NCBI GenBank assembly: GCA_964016885.1
Contig: OZ024744.1
Location: 97,030,001-97,094,000, forward strand
Source: Eledone cirrhosa
Lineage: Eukaryota
Length of the DNA: 64,000 nt
Reading direction: 5' to 3'
Shown here piece by piece: positions 52,573-64,000 of the stretch; the first letter of the stretch is position 1, and every line of letters starts with the position of its first letter. Under the pieces are notes generated by a model that ran no database searches, had not been told where the DNA came from, and worked only from the letters and a program-made list of their open reading frames with translations. Both the position numbers and the translations under genes were made by a program.

Positions 52573-52767
52573 TGGGGATTTCTTTCTTCGTTTCTGTGCC
52601 TTTCCTTTCTTCTATCCTACGCCATGGCGTAGGATAGAAGAAAGGAAATAAATATCAACATACACACACACACATATATGTATACAAACACACATACATA
52701 TACATACATAGCTATACAATTATACACATACAAATACGTACATATAAACACGCACAACCAAATACAA

Positions 52768-52798
<31 letters not shown>

Positions 52799-52817
52799 TA
52801 CATACATATCTATCTAT

Positions 52818-53063
52818 CTAAGGCGGGTAAAATTCCCGAGATCCATGGACGAGTTCTCTCCAGCGGTCTCTGTCCCTCATTATCGCTGCCATGTCCTGCA
52901 TCTCCAACAGACCAGTGTCTGTCCTTAGGGCATCAACATACGTTAACCTTGGTCTTCCTCTTCTAGCGTGTCCATGTAGGGTCTCCCAAAGGAGTACTGA
53001 GTGCAATGTCAACTCTGGATGTCGGTGAGCATGTCCAGCTAACCTCAGTCTCCTCTGTGTCAC
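52818..53063 (-). pseudogene. RTE LINE C-terminal fragment
   Basis: RRLRLAGH..RH...LLWE...RRGRPRLTYVD.L..DTG...DRDRWR. Confidence 0.85.
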
Positions 53064-53315
53064 ATATACATGTGTGTGTGTGTGTAAAACTCAGTCTTAG
53101 ATAATTCATATGAACCTTACATATACATATATATAGTAGTAAAGTAATAAAGTAATAAGCAACATAAGGCAATTATTCCATTCACCAGTCGTTTCTTAAA
53201 AGCAAAAAATATACATGTGTGTGTAAAACTCAGTCTTAGATAATTCATATGAACCTTACATATACATATATATAGTAGTAAAGTAATAAAGTAATAAGCA
53301 ACATAAGGCAATTAA

Positions 53316-53373
53316 TTCATTCACCAGTGGTTTCTTAAAAGCAAAAAAATTTTCCTTCAATCTTCAGAATGAA
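53316..53373 (-). ncRNA. Hammerhead-like motif (family I, GUG triplet)
   Basis: Reverse complement of 55608-55665. Confidence 0.6.
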
Positions 53374-53456
53374 AAAAACCTGGTCTATCTACATATACAT
53401 ACATATACACACACAAATATATATATATACATATATTTATTAAAATAACAGATTAA

Positions 53457-53507
53457 AGTTTAAGCAAAGAATCGCTGCTTTCACCCTTAACGGGATCTTC
53501 TGAAACT
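53457..53507 (-). ncRNA. Variant hammerhead (family D)
   Basis: Reverse complement of 55446-55496. Confidence 0.6.
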
Positions 53508-54421
53508 AACAAAGTCAATCTGTAAACGCAGAACTGGATATTTCAAAAAACGTTGCAACCGGAGGAAGACAGGAAGACGATACTTTGGTTCATGGTGACG
53601 TTCGCTGGCAAAGAACGGGAAAAAACGAATAATACGTCATTAATAGGAGCGGTGAAAAACAATTACGTGCAAGGACAGAACCACGTTTATGGTATAAAAG
53701 AGGTCGTAGACTAATGTTCTCTAAGTGGTGCATAGAGACGTTCTCTGGCAATGAACGAAAAAACGAAGATAATAAGTCATATGTGGAGCGTGGAGAACAA
53801 TAGCGTGCAAAGACAAAACCACGTAAATGGTATAGCAGAAGTCGTAGACTAAAATTCTAACTAGGAGACCGAATGAATCTCCGCTACAGAGTTAAGAACA
53901 GAGTAAATAAATACAATACAGAAGTAGTAGGAACAAATAAATACATACACGCAAACAGATACATACACAAGCATACGCAAAACCTTACCATAGGTATACA
54001 AAACCACGCACATATAAATATGTGTATGTGTGTATGCTTGTGTACAAATAAATAAATAATTATATAAACGTATATAAGTAAATAAATACGTATATTACAA
54101 GCGCACACACATACCTACAAATAAATACATGAAGGTTCGGAGACGTAAGTCAACTAAAACAAGAAGTACACATATACACACACCCACCATACGTACGAAC
54201 CTGCATACTCACGCAGACGCAAAACTCCCATATACACATAACCAAGCCCTAAATACCAGAATATGTTAAAATTATACGCCAAAACAGTCAAATATACGTA
54301 CGAGAAGGTATACATACCTTCACAAAACATACGGGTAATATATACTTACCTATGCAAATAAGTAAAGGAAACATATACTTAGCTCCCACATCAAGACGTA
54401 AATATCCACGTATAGATCGTG

Positions 54422-54960
54422 CTATCCGTTAGGGTATAACGTAGGGCTGTAATACAGGAAAGTTTTGTGCAATTTATGTTTACAAGCCGAAATTGCCTCA
54501 GATTTTTTGTTTAAGATGTGGTCTGTGGCGTAGAGTATTTCCAGGGCCTCAGCGGCTCAGAGGTCACATGGTCTTTTATTTCCGTTATACGATCTAGCCC
54601 TAGCTAGGATCTCTCAGTGTAACTTATATTGGGTTTGGTTGTCTTTTAGACTCCAGATATAAGCTGAAAGTGACGTCATATTCCTTCTTAGAGGGTAACG
54701 AAAAGAATGGGTATGCATGTAAAGACGCTGCTTGAAACTATTGGCGGTTAACCCTATGTAGGCCCTACGGGACGTGGGTGTTACAACCTTACATTTGTAG
54801 ACAATGTTACTAGAAAGGCATTTCCCGGATAGGGGACAATCAGCCCGATTCCTACAATTACAGTTAGTACTAACTACAGGGTTGCACGTGTTCCTACGGC
54901 TAGATAGTTTAGCTAAATTTGAAGCTGTGATGTTATGTGCGAGGTTAGGAGTCGTTGAGT
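54422..54960 (-). pseudogene. Hydra-clade-like PLE GIY-YIG endonuclease, absent from the ORF track; two in-frame TGA
   Basis: Manual translation: CNCRNRADCPLSGKCLSSNIVYKCKV...AYIGLTANSFKQR...AYIWSLK...KLH*EILARARSY...PCDL*AAEALEIL...LNKKSE..CKH. Confidence 0.85.
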
Positions 54961-55445
54961 AAGAAATTTTAATTGCGTATGCTTGTGTATGTATCTGTTT
55001 GCGTGTATGTATTTATTTGTTCCTACTACTTCTGTATTGTATTTATTTACTCTGTTCTTAACTCTGTAGCGGAGATTCATTCGGTCTCCTAGTTAGAATT
55101 TTAGTCTACGACTTCTGCTATACCATTTACGTGGTTTTGTCTTTGCACGCTATTGTTCTCCACGCTCCACATATGACTTATTATCTTCGTTTTTTCGTTC
55201 ATTGCCAGAGAACGTCTCTATGCACCACTTAGAGAACATTAGTCTACGACCTCTTTTATACCATAAACGTGGTTCTGTCCTTGCACGTAATTATTTTTCA
55301 CCGCTCCTATTAATGACGTATTATTCGTTTTTTCCCGTTCTTTGCCAGCGAACGTCACCATGAACCAAAGTATCGTCTTCCTGTCTTCCTCCGGTTGCAA
55401 CGTTTTTTGAAATATCCAGTTCTGCGTTTACAGATTGACTTTGTT

Positions 55446-55496
55446 AGTTTCAGAAGATCCCGTTAAGGGTGAAAGCAGCGATTCTTTGCTTAAACT
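55446..55496 (+). ncRNA. Variant hammerhead (family D, CAGAAGA core)
   Basis: agttt CAGAAGA t ccc gttaa ggg t GAAAGCA gcgattctt TGCT T aaact. Confidence 0.6.
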
Positions 55497-55607
55497 TTAA
55501 TCTGTTATTTTAATAAATATATGTATATATATATATTTGTGTGTGTATATGTATATATATATATTTGTGTGTGTATATGTATGTATATGTAGATAGACCA
55601 GGTTTTT

Positions 55608-55665
55608 TTCATTCTGAAGATTGAAGGAAAATTTGTTTGCTTTTAAGAAACCACTGGTGAATGAA
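55608..55665 (+). ncRNA. Hammerhead-like motif (family I, GUG triplet)
   Basis: ttcatt CTGAAGA ttgaagg...gcttttaa GAAACC act GGT G aatgaa. Confidence 0.6.
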
Positions 55666-55923
55666 TTAATTGCCTTATGTTGCTTATTACTTTATTATTT
55701 TACTACTATATATATGTATATGTAAGGTTCATATGAATTATCTAAGACTGAGTTTTACACACACACACATGTATATTTTTTGCTTTTAAGAAACCACTGG
55801 TGAATGGAATAATTGCCTTATGTTGCTTATTACTTTATTACTTTACTACTATATATATGTATATGTAAGGTTCATATGAATTATCTAAGACTGAGTTTTA
55901 CACACACACACACACATGTATAT

Positions 55924-56169
55924 GTGACACAGAGGAGACTGAGGTTAGCTGGACATGCTCACCGACATCCAGAGTTGACATTGCACTCAGTACTCCTTTG
56001 GGAGACCCTACATGGACACGCTAGAAGAGGAAGACCAAGGTTAACGTATGTTGATGCCCTAAGGACAGACACTGGTCTGTTGGAGATGCAGGACATGGCA
56101 GCGATAATGAGGGATAGAGACCGCTGGAGAGAACTCGTCCATGGATCTCGGGAATTTTACCCGCCTTAG
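55924..56169 (+). pseudogene. RTE LINE C-terminal fragment (inverted-repeat copy)
   Basis: Same peptide as 52818-53063. Confidence 0.85.
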
Positions 56170-56332
56170 ATAGATAGATATGTATGTATGTATGTGTGTG
56201 TGTGTGTGTGTTTGTATTTGGTTGTGCGTGTTTATATGTACGTATTTGTATGTGTATAATTGTATAGCTATGCATGTATATGTATTTGTGTATGTATACA
56301 TATATGTGTGTGTGTGTATGTTTATATTTATG

Positions 56333-56367
<35 letters not shown>

Positions 56368-56988
56368 ATAATTACATATACATATGTGTGTGTATAATTG
56401 TACACGTGTGCGTGTTTGTGCATGTATGTGTATGTATGTGTTTATGTATTTGTATATGTATATTTATGTGCGAGAGTGTGTGTATGTATTTACTATTTTG
56501 TACGTATGTATACGTGCATTTGTGTGTATTACTTACCACGCGTGTCTGTCCAGTTAGCTGCGTTCTGTATCGCTGTCAAATAATTTTTTATATATATATA
56601 CATTTTTTTTTTCTTATATTTATTTGCGTGTGTGAATATGTAGAGGAGTGCATTTATGTATGTGTATGTATGTACGTGTGTATATATGTACGATTGTGTG
56701 CATGTATGTATGTATGTTTATGTATGTGTGTATGGCTTTGTTTGTGTATGTGTATGCTTGTACACATATATATGTATGTATATATATATGTATGTATATG
56801 TGTGTATGTATATGTATTTATATTTATGTTTCTATGTGTATGTATGTGTGTGTGGTTGTATATATGTATTTGTATGTATGGATGTATTGATATTTATGTG
56901 CGTATGTATATGTGTTTGTGTGTGTATGTATGAGTGTATATATGTGTATATATATATATGTATGTATATGTATGTATATGTATGTATA

Positions 56989-57035
<47 letters not shown>

Positions 57036-57180
57036 ATATATGCTCTTGTGTTTTTGTGTGTGTGTTTGCATGTGTAGTTTTATTTTACTTTTCCTTTCCT
57101 TCTTCCTTCTCCAGCCTCACTTTCATATAGATTGCATTTTTGTTTTTAAAATCCAAATTCAATAAACAGACCAGGATTTT

Positions 57181-57239
57181 TTCATTCTGAGGATTGAAAG
57201 CAAAATCTTTTGCTTTTAAGAAACCACTGGTAAATGGAA
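57181..57239 (+). ncRNA. Hammerhead ribozyme (family I, intact)
   Basis: ttcatt CTGAGGA ttgaaagcaaaa tc ttttgcttttaa GAAACC act GGT A aatgga. Confidence 0.8.
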
Positions 57240-57504
57240 TAATTGCCTTATGTTGTTTATTACATAACTATTAAGCTCTGTTACCTACATAGAGCACTCT
57301 TTTTTCCTGGACTTTTCCGACGGAATTACTTCACATATATATATATATAATGTGTGTGTGTATTTTTATTTAATTGTTTATGTGTATATATAATAGCCTC
57401 AGAAACGGGTTGAGCTCTGCCGTGGGGTTATACTTTTTCCTATATGTATATATATATACGTATATGTATGTGTATGTATGTATATATGTGTGTATTTGTA
57501 TGGT

Positions 57505-57569
<65 letters not shown>

Positions 57570-58544
57570 GTATATATATGTATATATATGCGGTTACTTA
57601 CGTACATATATATATATGTGTGCATGTATGTATATATATATATACATACTACTGTACGTCTGTATACATATATGTATGTACGTGTACATACTTATATTTA
57701 AGTAACAGCCGTACTAAGAGTGGGAAATGAAATTTTGTTTTGTTTTTTCCGTTTATATATATATGTATATGTATATTTAAGAGTTAAACAAGGTTCATAT
57801 GAATACATCTAAGAATGAGTTTCACACACATACATATGTGTGTGTATGTATTTGTATGTATGTGTTGTATATATGTATGTATATATATATATGTGTATAT
57901 ATATAATATATATGTATATATATATATATATCTATATCTATATTTATATATATATATATGTGTATATATGTGTGTGTGTATATGTGTATGTGTATGTATG
58001 TGTATATGTATGTGTATGTGTATGTGTGTGTATGTATTTATTTTTATGTATGTATGTGTATGTGCAATTGTGTGTATTGCTTACCCCGTGTGTTTGTTCA
58101 TTTATTTGTTGCCTGTATCGCTGTCACAGTTATTTTTTTATTCTTATGTGACGGTATTTTTATTATTATATTTTTTCTTATAACCATTTGTGTGTGTGCG
58201 TATGTAGGTGTGTGTACAAATATCTATATTTGTGCATGCGTATGTATGCGTGTATAGATGTGTGTATGTATGTGTGTGTATGTACGTGTGTATATATGTA
58301 TGATTGTGTGTATGTATGTATATATCATGAGTTAAAGGTCTATAGATTTTTCCATGGATTTTACTAAATTCTGTGGAGGAATTTGTATCCTGATTCTCTT
58401 TTGAGATGAGTTTGAGTTATTTTTCCTAAATCTTTCGTTAACTACTTTTCCCATCTTGACGTTATAGTCGCATATATGTTATAGAATGCCGTTAGCTTCT
58501 TGCTAAAACAATCTCTATACCTCTCATTTATATATATATATATA

Positions 58545-59238
58545 TCATCATCATCATCATCATCAACGTTTAACGTCCGTGTTCCACGCTTGCATGGGTT
58601 TGGACGGGGGTAGTCCCACTTGAGGCAAGAGTGATTGTCTTGCTCGCATAGGACTGTCTGGCGGGTTTTCTACAGTTGGATGCCCTTCCTAACACCAACC
58701 ACATTTACAGTGTGGGTCTGGGAGGTTTTTACCGTGTTGCCGACACGGCCACATTACAGCGTGGACTGTGTGTTTTTTTGTCGTAACACCTACACGATCT
58801 CATTTGTTTCGGCCTGGATGGTGTGGCACCAACATAACTTTACATAGAACGGGGTGGTGTGGATGGGGTGGGGTGGGGGTGGGGGACGGGGGGTATTTAG
58901 TTAGAGATGCCTACTGGCTGTAGTAGGTTTTACTATGTATTTAGGTAAGGCGGGTCTTCTCTGTTACTGAGTACCGCCAAAGGTCTCGGTCCAGTGACAT
59001 TGTCTTGGAGAGGTGTAAGTGTGTGAGGTCGGAGTTTATCAGCTCGTCCCAGGTTTTTCTAGGTCTGCCTATTCCGTGGCTACCGTCTATCTTTATTGCC
59101 CTGCACTTTGTTATACAGCTATCGACTTTCATGCGCATCACGTGTCCATACCAACGTAGCCTTCTCTCGAGTAAACAACATCTGATCCCTCTTATTTCTA
59201 ATTTTTTCCTTAGTTCGTTTATGCTTTGCCGTTCACGT
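58545..59238 (-). mobile_element. RTE LINE 3' end with UTR and (GAT)n tail
   Basis: ..GHVMRM...IDGSHGIGRPRKTWDELINSDL...DRDLWR; (cat)n on the plus strand at 58546-58565. Confidence 0.75.
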
Positions 59239-59261
59239 ATATATATATATATATATATATA

Positions 59262-59818
59262 GTTTTAATATAGATGAGATTCTACAGGACTAGAACTGTT
59301 TCATTCATTAGAAATCATCAGGAATCTGGGTATCAAAAAATAAAAATGGTATTTATAGGTCTCTACAAGTGGTTGGAGAGGGTGGGGAGTGGGATGGGTG
59401 TAGGTCATTGGTTGATAGAAAAGGGAATTCATTAAAAGCTAATTCTACAAAGCTATAGTTTATTTTTATTTATTTATTTATGTTTTTAGAGTAACAAGGG
59501 CAGACAGACTTCTATAAACAGGTTCCGGATGGCATACCATTCCTTGTCATTAATGACAAGGAATGGTATGCCATCCGGAACCTGTTACTCTAAAAACATA
59601 AATAAATAAATAAAAATAAACTATAGCTTTGTAGAATTAGCTTTTAATGAATTCCCTTTTCTATCAACCAATGACCTACACCCATCCCACTCCCCACCCT
59701 CTCCTACCACTTGTAGAGACCTATAAATACCATTTTTATTTTTTGATACACAGATTCCTGATGATTTCTAATGAATGAAACAGTTCTAGTCCTGTAGAAT
59801 CTCATCTATATTAAAACT
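59262..59818. repeat. ~555-bp palindrome carrying a hammerhead on each arm (59277-59327 minus; 59752-59802 plus; family M)
   Basis: Perfect centre caggttccggatggcataccattccttgtcattaatgacaaggaatggtatgccatccggaacctg; HHR agattc CTGATGA tttctaatgaat GAAACAG...CTGT A gaatct. Confidence 0.9.
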
Positions 59819-59884
59819 GTTATACTCTGCTATGTATTGAGTACCTTACTTACTGTGGTTACCTCCGATTCAACCCGGAATAAC

Positions 59885-59931
<47 letters not shown>

Positions 59932-60347
59932 AAAGTTTTATTTAAAATTGTTGGGTTACAACAAGTAAATATTTTATAACTGATATAAAGCACTCAACAA
60001 ATTTTGGAGTAGATATACGATATTAAACAAATGGAAACTATATTTATAAAACCATATTTATTTCATTATACATATTTCAGGGATACCATATTAAATATAG
60101 TTTCCATTTGTTTAATATCGTATATATATATATATATATATTTATAAATGAAAGGTATAGAAATTGTTTTAGCGAGAAGCTAATAGTATTCTATAACATA
60201 TATTTATATATATATATATGCAAAGGTTCTAATTAAAATTGTTGGGATACAAGTAAATATTTTTATAACTGATATAAAGCACTCGACAAATTTTTGGAGT
60301 AGATATACGATATTAATAAATGGAAACTATATTTATAAAACCATATT

Positions 60348-60412
60348 TATTTCATTATACATATTTCAGGGATACCACATTAAATTATGGTATGCCTTCA
60401 TCAGACAAAATA
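60348..60412 (-). ncRNA. Hammerhead ribozyme (family C)
   Basis: Minus strand: tattttgt CTGATGA aggcatacca...tggtatccct GAAATATGTAT A atgaaata. Confidence 0.75.
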
Positions 60413-62425
60413 CAATATATAACAGTTTTACAAATAGGTTTGACGTACCCTTTAAAATACAACCATTACTTTTGGAGGCTGTCTGGATAGTGATTTGATC
60501 ATATAATAAGTCATAGTGTTAAGCACAATTAGAAAAAGACGGAGAGAAAGAAAGAGAAAAGAACAAAGACAGAGAGAGAGAAAGAAAAAAAGAAAAGAGA
60601 AGGAAAACCTGGAGAAATATCGGAGAGAGAGAGAAAAGTATGGAGAAAAGAAAGAGATAGATAAAGATAGGAGGAAATAAAAAAGAAAGAAAAGGAAGGA
60701 GTAAGAAAAACAAAGGAATAAGAAAAACAAAGGAAAGCAACAGAGAGACATCAAGTCATCATACAGAAAAAGAAACTCAAGAGAGAGAAATACTATATAG
60801 AGAGACGGGGGGGGGGGACAGTGACAACTCTACGTCATGTCATATTAAGTTGAGTTAACAATTTATATGATATGAATAATAAAAATATAAATATAAGTAT
60901 CAATATTCATGAATGGGACATAGATATATAATATGAGAAATTAAACATTGTTCAATAATGACCATATGTTTAGTTTAGAAACTTGAGATCAATATACCAA
61001 AATCTGAGTTCAAAATATACCCTTGCTATAGAGATCAGTATTTTATGCAAAGACATACAAATACATATGTATATATACATACATATAGATACGCACGTCC
61101 TGAAAATAGAAATTATGTTTACTCAAGCCAACAATATAGCCATACAAAACGTAAATGATTTCTCATAATCACTGCTATACATTCCTTGTGTTATAAAAGT
61201 TTCACAGTATATATATACAAATATATACGATTAACAATCATGTCCTCATATATACGATTACCATTCATGCGTTTAATATTATGCACATCTGCAACATACC
61301 TCTCAACCACATAGATATATACACACACATATATACACATACATATGTATAATAAATATCTGCGTGCGTCCTCATGCATCACTCATGTATATATACAGAC
61401 ACATACAAACACAAAAAAATCTATAACACTTTCTATGCATGTTAATACACACATATGCATTTGTATAGAGATAATCCAATATCAATAAATTACCAAAGGG
61501 TTGTAATTTGTAAATATAACCATAACAATACAAATTTAAAATGCAACTATATATTCAAAAGAAATCTAGAAATATCAAAGCATTAAATATCATTAAAACA
61601 CTATAGAGTATCTTAAGTTAAAATAATGTTTTATATATTTAGTATAGAAATTTATCCTACGTATATCTCAATCAAGATATTGAGAGGGTAGACTTGTGAA
61701 GGTTATGAGAAGCTATCATAATCAAAACAAATTAAAATAATTTAAAAGATTTAAAAAATTTAAAAACCCAATGATTCTACAGATAACCTTATATTTAATA
61801 TAGAAATTTACCTTACGTATATTTCATTTAATACATTGGAAGTATAGACATTTTAGAGTAGTTTATTATATCCATGTTTATATTTAGGAAGAAAGTTTAA
61901 AAAGAAAAAGGTGAAGGAATCTAATGGATTATCGACTGGTTCTATATATTAACTAAAATTACTTAATTAATTATACTACATTTTAAATTTATATTTATAT
62001 TTAAACGTTGAGTTCAATCTATGTCTGCAGCATTTTAATATAAGTAGACTATTAATTATAGGTTAACTAAATTAAAGATAGTTAATATATTGATTTCTAA
62101 GGTGTATACTACTTAGGTTTATAATATTTGAAGCGGAATTTTGAAGTTAAATAGTAGTAGAGTATTAATTATAGTATAACTAAATTAAAATTATTAACGT
62201 TATGGTATCAATATTAGGAAATGAATTTAGTAATAGGGAAAAAACCAAATAAAGTACTACATCGGTAGTAGAATATAAATTATAGGTTAACTAAATTAAA
62301 AATTATATATTAATTTCTATAGTATATGTTAATTAGGTTTATAATAATTAAAACAGATATTGTTTTATCTATAGTAGAATATAATTATAGGTAAACAAAA
62401 ATTAAAATTAATATATACACATATA

Positions 62426-63235
62426 TAATTTTCATAAGGAAAGTATATACTTTCGAACGTTCAACTATCTGGCAGATGGGTAAACGGTGCTGATGATAGC
62501 TAACAAGCTTGAAACTAGTACATCGTTCCTGTGTCAGTGTTGAACAAAAAGGTGACGTGGTTGCCTTAACACCGTATGGCATAAATTCAGGCTGTTCAGT
62601 TTGTTTACAAACGAACAAAGCGACGTTAGCGCCGCTAAACTGATACGTGCATATATGTATGTGTACCTGTATGCATATGTATATATATATGTATATATAT
62701 ATATATATGTGCATGCTACTGTACGTCTGTATACATATATGTATGTACGTATACATGCATACTTACATTTAAGTAAGTGCCATACTAAGAGTGAGAAATG
62801 AAATTTCGTTTTCATTTTGTTTCAATTTATCGTTTTCGGTATGCCTGACCGATTTAACTCACTCAATATGCAAATTAGGCTGCTCAGCCGTTAATTTTCA
62901 TAAGGAAAGTATATACTTTCGAACGTTCAACTATCTGGCAGATGGGTAAACGGTGCTGATGATAGCTAACAAGCTTGAAACTAGTACATCGTTCCTGTGT
63001 CAGTGTTGAACAAAAAGGTGACGTGGTTGCCTTAACACCGTATGGCATAAATTCAGGCTGTTCAGTTTGTTTACAAACGAACAAAGCGACGTTATAATAA
63101 GCGCCGCTAAACTGATACGTGCATATATGTATGTGTACCTGTATGCATATGTATATATATATGTATATATATATATGTGCATGCTACTGTACGTCTGTAT
63201 ACATATATGTATGTACGTATACATGCATACTTATA
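62426..63235 (+). repeat. Tandem 466-bp HHR-containing unit (~1.7 copies), family H subfamily
   Basis: HHRs at 62485-62525 and 62951-62991: cggtg CTGATGA t agct aaca agct t GAAAC ta GT A catcg. Confidence 0.85.
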
Positions 63236-64000
63236 TATATATGTGTATATATAAATGAGAGGTATAGAGATTGTTTTAGCGAGAAGCTAACAGCATTCTA
63301 TAACATAACTATATATATATATGTGTGAGTATACGTGTGTGCGAGTGTGTATGTGTATATCTTGCATACATGAGTGTGAGTCCATGTGCCCATACCCATG
63401 TGTATGTATGTGTATGTATATATGTAAAATACCTTCTACATCGCCTCTCACCTTCCCCCCATCTCTGTCGTTCGCCACCCCCACCGATACTCCCCCATTC
63501 TCCATATTCGTGTCCGCATGCGCGCATGCACATACATGTGTGTACATATACATATGGCTGTGTGTGAGCGTATGCCGATATGTGTGGGCAAGGATGTGCG
63601 TATGTGTCTTATGTTGTGTGTGTTTATACAACAATATATGTGCACATATATACATATATGTGTGTACGTATACGTATATACAAAGTATCTGTCAGACGGA
63701 GCGTCTAGCTATGTATCTATGTAAGGACCTTGACGCCACCAATACATCCACCACACCACCACAAACGCCCCTACCATAGACAACGGCACCACTACCACAC
63801 CCCCACCCACATGCCAACCCGTCTACTGACAATCCACTAACCTCACACCACAGCCCATCCCACTAAATAACCTTAACCACCACCATATCTTCACATCCAC
63901 CCCCACATACTCTACACGCCAAGGCCAACCCACCACCACCACACCACAGCCCATCTCATCCACCCCCCGTCACCAACATCTCACCATCACACCCACCCCC

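Larger units (their letters stand above)
52650..56310. repeat. Large inverted repeat: arms ~52650-53980 and ~54973-56310, spacer holds a PLE endonuclease
   Basis: Identical ORF peptides on opposite strands (52818- and 55813+); continuous reverse-complement match. Confidence 0.9.

Noticed and set aside
63720-64000. C/A-rich terminal tract as telomeric or coding sequence
   Set aside because: Low-complexity and not a regular telomere repeat; resembles PLE 3' UTR composition

Overview
AT-rich, microsatellite-dense eukaryotic intergenic or intronic DNA, most likely from a cephalopod (octopod-type tRNA-derived SINEs; this is inference). There is one 200-N gap and no confidently recognisable host gene; almost all long ORFs in the track are microsatellite artefacts. 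The window is mostly retroelements: at least five Penelope-like elements (PLEs) with RT and/or GIY-YIG endonuclease, a decayed Vingi-like LINE, RTE, Tx1/L1-like and CRE-like fragments, about 15 SINEs, two hAT MITEs, non-autonomous Helitrons and several minisatellites, one of which gives an 815-aa repeat ORF. The main signal is RNA-level. Reading both strands by eye gives roughly 35 minimal type I hammerhead ribozyme (HHR) motifs in about 13 sequence families. They occur in PLE pseudo-LTRs, in ORF-less tandem repeats of about 310-550 bp (retrozyme-like), in a ~1.7-kb HHR-bracketed microsatellite element, and in snap-back palindromes inserted in (AT)n. Several families carry recurrent non-canonical core variants. 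All folds were assigned manually and need computational and biochemical confirmation.
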